Below are positions 59,989 through 64,000 of a DNA stretch of 64,000 nucleotides, piece after piece. The position numbers were made by a program, and so were the translations under genes. The notes beneath the pieces are model-generated. The model saw only the letters and a program-made list of their open reading frames with translations. It was not told the origin of the DNA and did no database searches. Each line of letters begins with the position of its first letter. Position 1 is the stretch's first letter. The DNA lies in contig CP181291.1 of NCBI GenBank assembly GCA_052279835.1, positions 1,792,001-1,856,000 of the forward strand, read 5' to 3'. Origin of the DNA: Microcoleus sp. (GTDB lineage Bacteria > Cyanobacteriota > Cyanobacteriia > Cyanobacteriales > Microcoleaceae).

Positions 59989-62796
59989 ATGTTGACTAAA
60001 ACTATATCCTCTAGCTTCGGCGAACTCTCTGGCAAGTTACCATTACGCACTGTTCTAATTGTTCCTTTTGTCTTCCAAACATTTTTGGCCGTGGGAATTG
60101 TCGGATATCTTTCCTTTAAGAATGGACAACAAGCTGTGAACAATGTGGCAAATCAACTCAGAGGAGAAATTACCAACCGCATTGATTTAAACCTGAAATC
60201 TTATCTCACAATTCCCCATCAAGTAAATCAAAGTAATGCAGTTGCTTTAGATTTAGGACAACTAAAGTTACAAGATTTAGTCGGTTTAGAACGTCATTTT
60301 TGGCGGCAAATTCAAATTTTTGACAGTTTAACCTTTGCTGGGATTGGATTGGAAAATCAGGAAAATTTAGGGGCAGAACGAGCCGATGATGGTTCCCTAA
60401 CTGTCAGAGTTTCGACTATTGATAGTAACTTTGATTTTCGTACCTACGCTATGAATCAAAAAGGCGATCGGACCAAACAACTGAGTAACAAACCTAACTT
60501 CGATCCTCGCACTCGTCCTTGGTACAAAGCAGCAGTTGCGGCCGGAAAACCAACCTGGAGTCAAATCTATCCCCATACCAAAGGTATCACCTCTTATTTA
60601 GGGGCAGCCATGCCTTATAAAAATGAATCGGGTCAACTGCAAGGAGTCCTACTAACAAATATTAATCTATCCCAAATTGGCAAATTTTTACAAAGCTTGA
60701 AAATTGGTAAAACCGGACAAAGCTTTATTATCGAACATGATGGGATGCTGGTTGCTACTTCCACCGGAGAAAAACCAATTCGCACGGTGGCTAATAAAGA
60801 TTTTGGAGCTGAACGAATCAAAGCAATTGACAGTAGCAATCCCCTCACCAAAGCCACTGCCCTATTTTTGGTCCAGAATGCGATCGCCGAAAAACACACC
60901 GCGCACCAACTAGAATTCAACCTCCAAAACCAGCGACATTTTCTACAAGTCTTACCTTTCAGGGATGATAAAGGCTTAGATTGGTCCATAGTCGTGGTAA
61001 TTCCAGAATCCGATTTTATGGCAGAAATTGATGCCAACAACCGCACTACAATTTTGCTATGTATAGCAGCTTTAATTCTCTCTATACTAATTGGTATTCT
61101 GACCGCCCAGTGGGTAACAAAACCCATTTTGCAGTTGAACGAAACCGCCAAGGATATTGCCAAAGGCAACTGGAATCAATCGGGAGTAATTAACCGCAGA
61201 GACGAAGTTGGACAACTTGCTAAATCCTTTAATAGCATGGCACATCAGTTGCAAGAATCCTTTGAAACTTTAGAGCAAAAAGTCGAAGAGCGAACATCAG
61301 AATTAGCCACCTCGAACCAACAACTAGAACTTGCGAAAGAAAAAGCAGAAGTAGCCAATCAAGCAAAAAGCACATTTCTAGCTAATATGAGCCACGAATT
61401 GCGCTCTCCCCTCAACGCAATTTTAGGCTTTGCTCAAATCATGCTCAGAAGTCGATCGCTCCCATCCGAACATTTCGAGAGTGTGGGGATTATTACTCGC
61501 AGTGGCGAACATTTACTAACATTAATTAACCAAGTATTAGACCTTTCTAAAATAGAAGCTGGTCGCACAACAATCAATGAAAAACAATTCGATATGTATC
61601 GATTAATCGACGATGTAGAAGATATGTTTCGCCTGAAAGCTGATGAGGCTGGATTGCAGTTGCTATTCGAGCGCGGCTCTGATGTTCCCCGTTACGTTCG
61701 CACCGACCAAGTTAAAGTCCGTCAAATTTTGATTAATTTGCTCAATAATGCGATTAAATTTACAAAAGAAGGTGGAGTTTGTGTGAGAATTTGTATGAAT
61801 AGCGGATTGCTAAGTTCAGGTCAACCAAATAAAAATAGTCAAGAAAGAGTGGCAAATAACCAACAAATCTATTTTGAAGTAGAAGACACAGGTATGGGAA
61901 TTGCACCGGAAGAATTAGATAAACTTTTTGAAGCATTTATGCAAACTGCATCGGGAAGAAATGCTCAAGAAGGGACTGGGTTGGGTTTAGCAATTAGCCG
62001 TCAGTTTGTGCAACTTATGGGTGGTGATATCACTGTCAGCAGCAAAGTAGGAGTTGGCACAATTTTCAAGTTCGATATTACAACTCAGGTTGTTGATACC
62101 GCTGACGATGAAGCAGAACAAAACAAACGTCGCGTCATTGCACTCGAACCAAACCAACCTCGATACCGCATTCTCATCGTCGATGATAAACCTCTTAACC
62201 GTCAGTTATTAGTTCAATTACTCAATCCATTAGGGTTTGAATTGAAAGAAGCCACTAATGGTCAAGAAGCCGTGGATATTTGGCATGAGTGGGACCCACA
62301 TCTCATCTGGATGGATATGCGAATGCCCGTGATGGATGGTTACGCGGCTACACAAAAAATTAAATCCACGACGAAGGGACAGGCTACTGCTATTATTGCT
62401 CTAACAGCTAGCGTTCTGGAAGAAGAAAGAGCTGTCGTTGTATCGGCTGGCTGCGATGATTTTATGCGGAAGCCTTTTCGAGAGCAAGAAATTTTTGCAG
62501 TAATGAACAAACATATCGGCGTGCGTTATATTTATGAAGAGTCCATCGATAAAGCAGCTCAAACTCTATCGAAAAGTGACATCAAAGACGTGCTTGAACC
62601 GCAATCTCTAGCTACCTTGCCACCCGATTTACGGGCCAACTTAGCTAGTGCGGCAAAAAGTTTGGATATTGGTGAAGTAGACCATCTCATTCAGGAAGTC
62701 AAAGCTATAGATGCGTCGATCGCAAATGCGTTTTTAGCATTAGCTAATGAATTTGAATATGGTAAAATAGCATCCTATATCGAAGCAGTCAACTAA
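59989..62796 (+). CDS. Membrane-bound hybrid histidine kinase (dCache sensor, HAMP, HisKA, HATPase, REC)
   Basis: TM-FDPRTRPWYK(Cache)-[48 protein letters not shown]...MDMRMP...KPF. ATG at 59989 follows GGAGG. Confidence 0.92.
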   Translation: MLTKTISSSFGELSGKLPLRTVLIVPFVFQTFLAVGIVGYLSFKNGQQAVNNVANQLRGEITNRIDLNLKSYLTIPHQVNQSNAVALDLGQLKLQDLVGLERHFWRQIQIFDSLTFAGIGLENQENLGAERADDGSLTVRVSTIDSNFDFRTYAMNQKGDRTKQLSNKPNFDPRTRPWYKAAVAAGKPTWSQIYPHTKGITSYLGAAMPYKNESGQLQGVLLTNINLSQIGKFLQSLKIGKTGQSFIIEHDGMLVATSTGEKPIRTVANKDFGAERIKAIDSSNPLTKATALFLVQNAIAEKHTAHQLEFNLQNQRHFLQVLPFRDDKGLDWSIVVVIPESDFMAEIDANNRTTILLCIAALILSILIGILTAQWVTKPILQLNETAKDIAKGNWNQSGVINRRDEVGQLAKSFNSMAHQLQESFETLEQKVEERTSELATSNQQLELAKEKAEVANQAKSTFLANMSHELRSPLNAILGFAQIMLRSRSLPSEHFESVGIITRSGEHLLTLINQVLDLSKIEAGRTTINEKQFDMYRLIDDVEDMFRLKADEAGLQLLFERGSDVPRYVRTDQVKVRQILINLLNNAIKFTKEGGVCVRICMNSGLLSSGQPNKNSQERVANNQQIYFEVEDTGMGIAPEELDKLFEAFMQTASGRNAQEGTGLGLAISRQFVQLMGGDITVSSKVGVGTIFKFDITTQVVDTADDEAEQNKRRVIALEPNQPRYRILIVDDKPLNRQLLVQLLNPLGFELKEATNGQEAVDIWHEWDPHLIWMDMRMPVMDGYAATQKIKSTTKGQATAIIALTASVLEEERAVVVSAGCDDFMRKPFREQEIFAVMNKHIGVRYIYEESIDKAAQTLSKSDIKDVLEPQSLATLPPDLRANLASAAKSLDIGEVDHLIQEVKAIDASIANAFLALANEFEYGKIASYIEAVN

Positions 62797-62827
62797 TTTA
62801 ATCGTCAAATTGGATTGTATAAACAAT

Positions 62828-64000
62828 ATGAATGACATGGTTTTGAATGCGGACGAGCCTGCTAATATTTTAGTGGTAGATGATACTCTAGCAAATTTAC
62901 AATTACTCGTGGGTATTTTAACAAAACATGGCTATAAGGTGAGACCGGCAAAAGATGGAGTTCAAGCTCTATCTGCAACTCAAATTATTCCTGTAGATTT
63001 GATTTTGCTAGACATTAATATGCCAGAAATGGATGGCTATGAAGTCTGTACCAAGCTCAAATCCGATCCCAAAACGCGACATATTCCAGTCATTTTTATC
63101 AGTGCGCTTAATGATGTGCTTGATAAAGTTAAAGCCTTTGGTGTCGGGGGTGTAGACTATGTAACCAAACCCTTTCAGGTAGAAGAGGTTTTAGCTCGCG
63201 TCGAAACCCATTTAGCATTGCAACGACTCCAAAATAACTTGCAATCAAAAAACACAGAACTGGCTCAAACCAATCAGGAGTTAGCCAATACCTTAAATCG
63301 ACTACAAGCAACCCAAGAAGAACTCATTCAATCCGAGAAAATGGCAGCACTCGGACAATTAATAGCAGGGATTGCTCACGAAGTCAATACCCCTTTAGGT
63401 GCTATTAGATCTTCCGTCAGTAATATCTCTAAATATTTGGAAGAAATATTTGAAGATTTGCCCCGCTTTGTAGATACACTTTCTGCTAAAGAAATTCAAT
63501 TGATTCTTAAGATAGCATTATGTTCTATTAACAATAAGCAGCTATTTTCTGCCAAAGATAGTCGCAAAATCAAGCGAGCTTTAACTCGCGAACTAGAAGA
63601 AATGGGAGTCCCTGATGCAGATACCATAGCTGATACACTATCTGATATGAAAATCTATGAAGACATCGAGTCATTTTTACCGATACTGACTCATCCAGAT
63701 AGCATTAGAATGCTGGAATTTGCGTATAATCTTTCAGGATTGCAGCGAGGTACAAATACGATCGAAACCGCAGTAGAACGTGCTACTAAGGTTGTATTTG
63801 CCTTGAAAAGCTATGCTCATTCCGATCAAAAAAATGAGCTATTTAAAACTAATTTGATAGTAGGAATTGAGACTATTTTGACCCTGTATCAAAATTCTAT
63901 AAAACAGGGAGTTGAAGTGGTGCAAAACTACGCAGACATTCCACTGATTTACTGCTATCCCGATGAACTAAATCAAGTATGGACAAATCTGATTCATAAT
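62828..64000 (+). CDS. Receiver-histidine kinase hybrid (REC-HisKA-HATPase), 3'-truncated; not in the ORF track
   Basis: Manual translation MNDMVLNADEPANILVVDD...LLDINMPEMDGYEVC...VTKPFQ...SEKMAALGQLIAGIAHEVNTPLG...YPDELNQVWTNLIHN, open to the window end. Confidence 0.92.
   Translation, partial: MNDMVLNADEPANILVVDDTLANLQLLVGILTKHGYKVRPAKDGVQALSATQIIPVDLILLDINMPEMDGYEVCTKLKSDPKTRHIPVIFISALNDVLDKVKAFGVGGVDYVTKPFQVEEVLARVETHLALQRLQNNLQSKNTELAQTNQELANTLNRLQATQEELIQSEKMAALGQLIAGIAHEVNTPLGAIRSSVSNISKYLEEIFEDLPRFVDTLSAKEIQLILKIALCSINNKQLFSAKDSRKIKRALTRELEEMGVPDADTIADTLSDMKIYEDIESFLPILTHPDSIRMLEFAYNLSGLQRGTNTIETAVERATKVVFALKSYAHSDQKNELFKTNLIVGIETILTLYQNSIKQGVEVVQNYADIPLIYCYPDELNQVWTNLIHN

Larger units (their letters stand above)
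1..64000. repeat. HIP1 octamer GCGATCGC dispersed throughout the window
   Basis: Many copies, e.g. 5226, 7161, 21580, 27103, 37359, 53715, 58486. Not exhaustively counted. Confidence 0.95.

Noticed and set aside
63129..63311. 60-aa minus-strand ORF
   Set aside because: Antisense to the clear REC-His kinase on the + strand.

Overview
Cyanobacterial chromosomal DNA: HIP1 octamers (GCGATCGC) are abundant, psb30 is present and there are STRR/SDR-type small repeats. A filamentous Oscillatoriales-like origin is my inference only. The first ~12 kb is housekeeping: lnt (5'-truncated), a bestrophin-family gene, recJ, psb30 (missed by the ORF track), pepA, an SLT lytic transglycosylase and cydAB. From 12199 to the window end (~52 kb) lies a co-oriented (+ strand) signalling array of 13 genes, 12 of which carry a histidine-kinase transmitter. 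These are five giant Ser/Thr kinase-AAA(STAND-like) ATPase-helical repeat-GAF-His kinase paralogues, three multi-PAS/GAF kinases (one split by a +2 frameshift), two membrane hybrid kinases each followed by a REC-His kinase gene, and an orphan ABC substrate-binding lipoprotein. No DNA-binding or enzymatic output domain is visible in the window. The paralogues are visibly mosaic. Kinase, ATPase, GAF and HATPase blocks are near-identical at DNA level, while the central helical region, the DHp helices and individual PAS modules are swapped. One PAS gain/loss junction falls exactly in an 11-bp direct repeat overlapping HIP1. Small palindromic repeats sit in-frame inside recJ and the kinases, and a heptamer array sits in-frame inside lnt. 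No rRNA, tRNA, CRISPR array or transposase was found.
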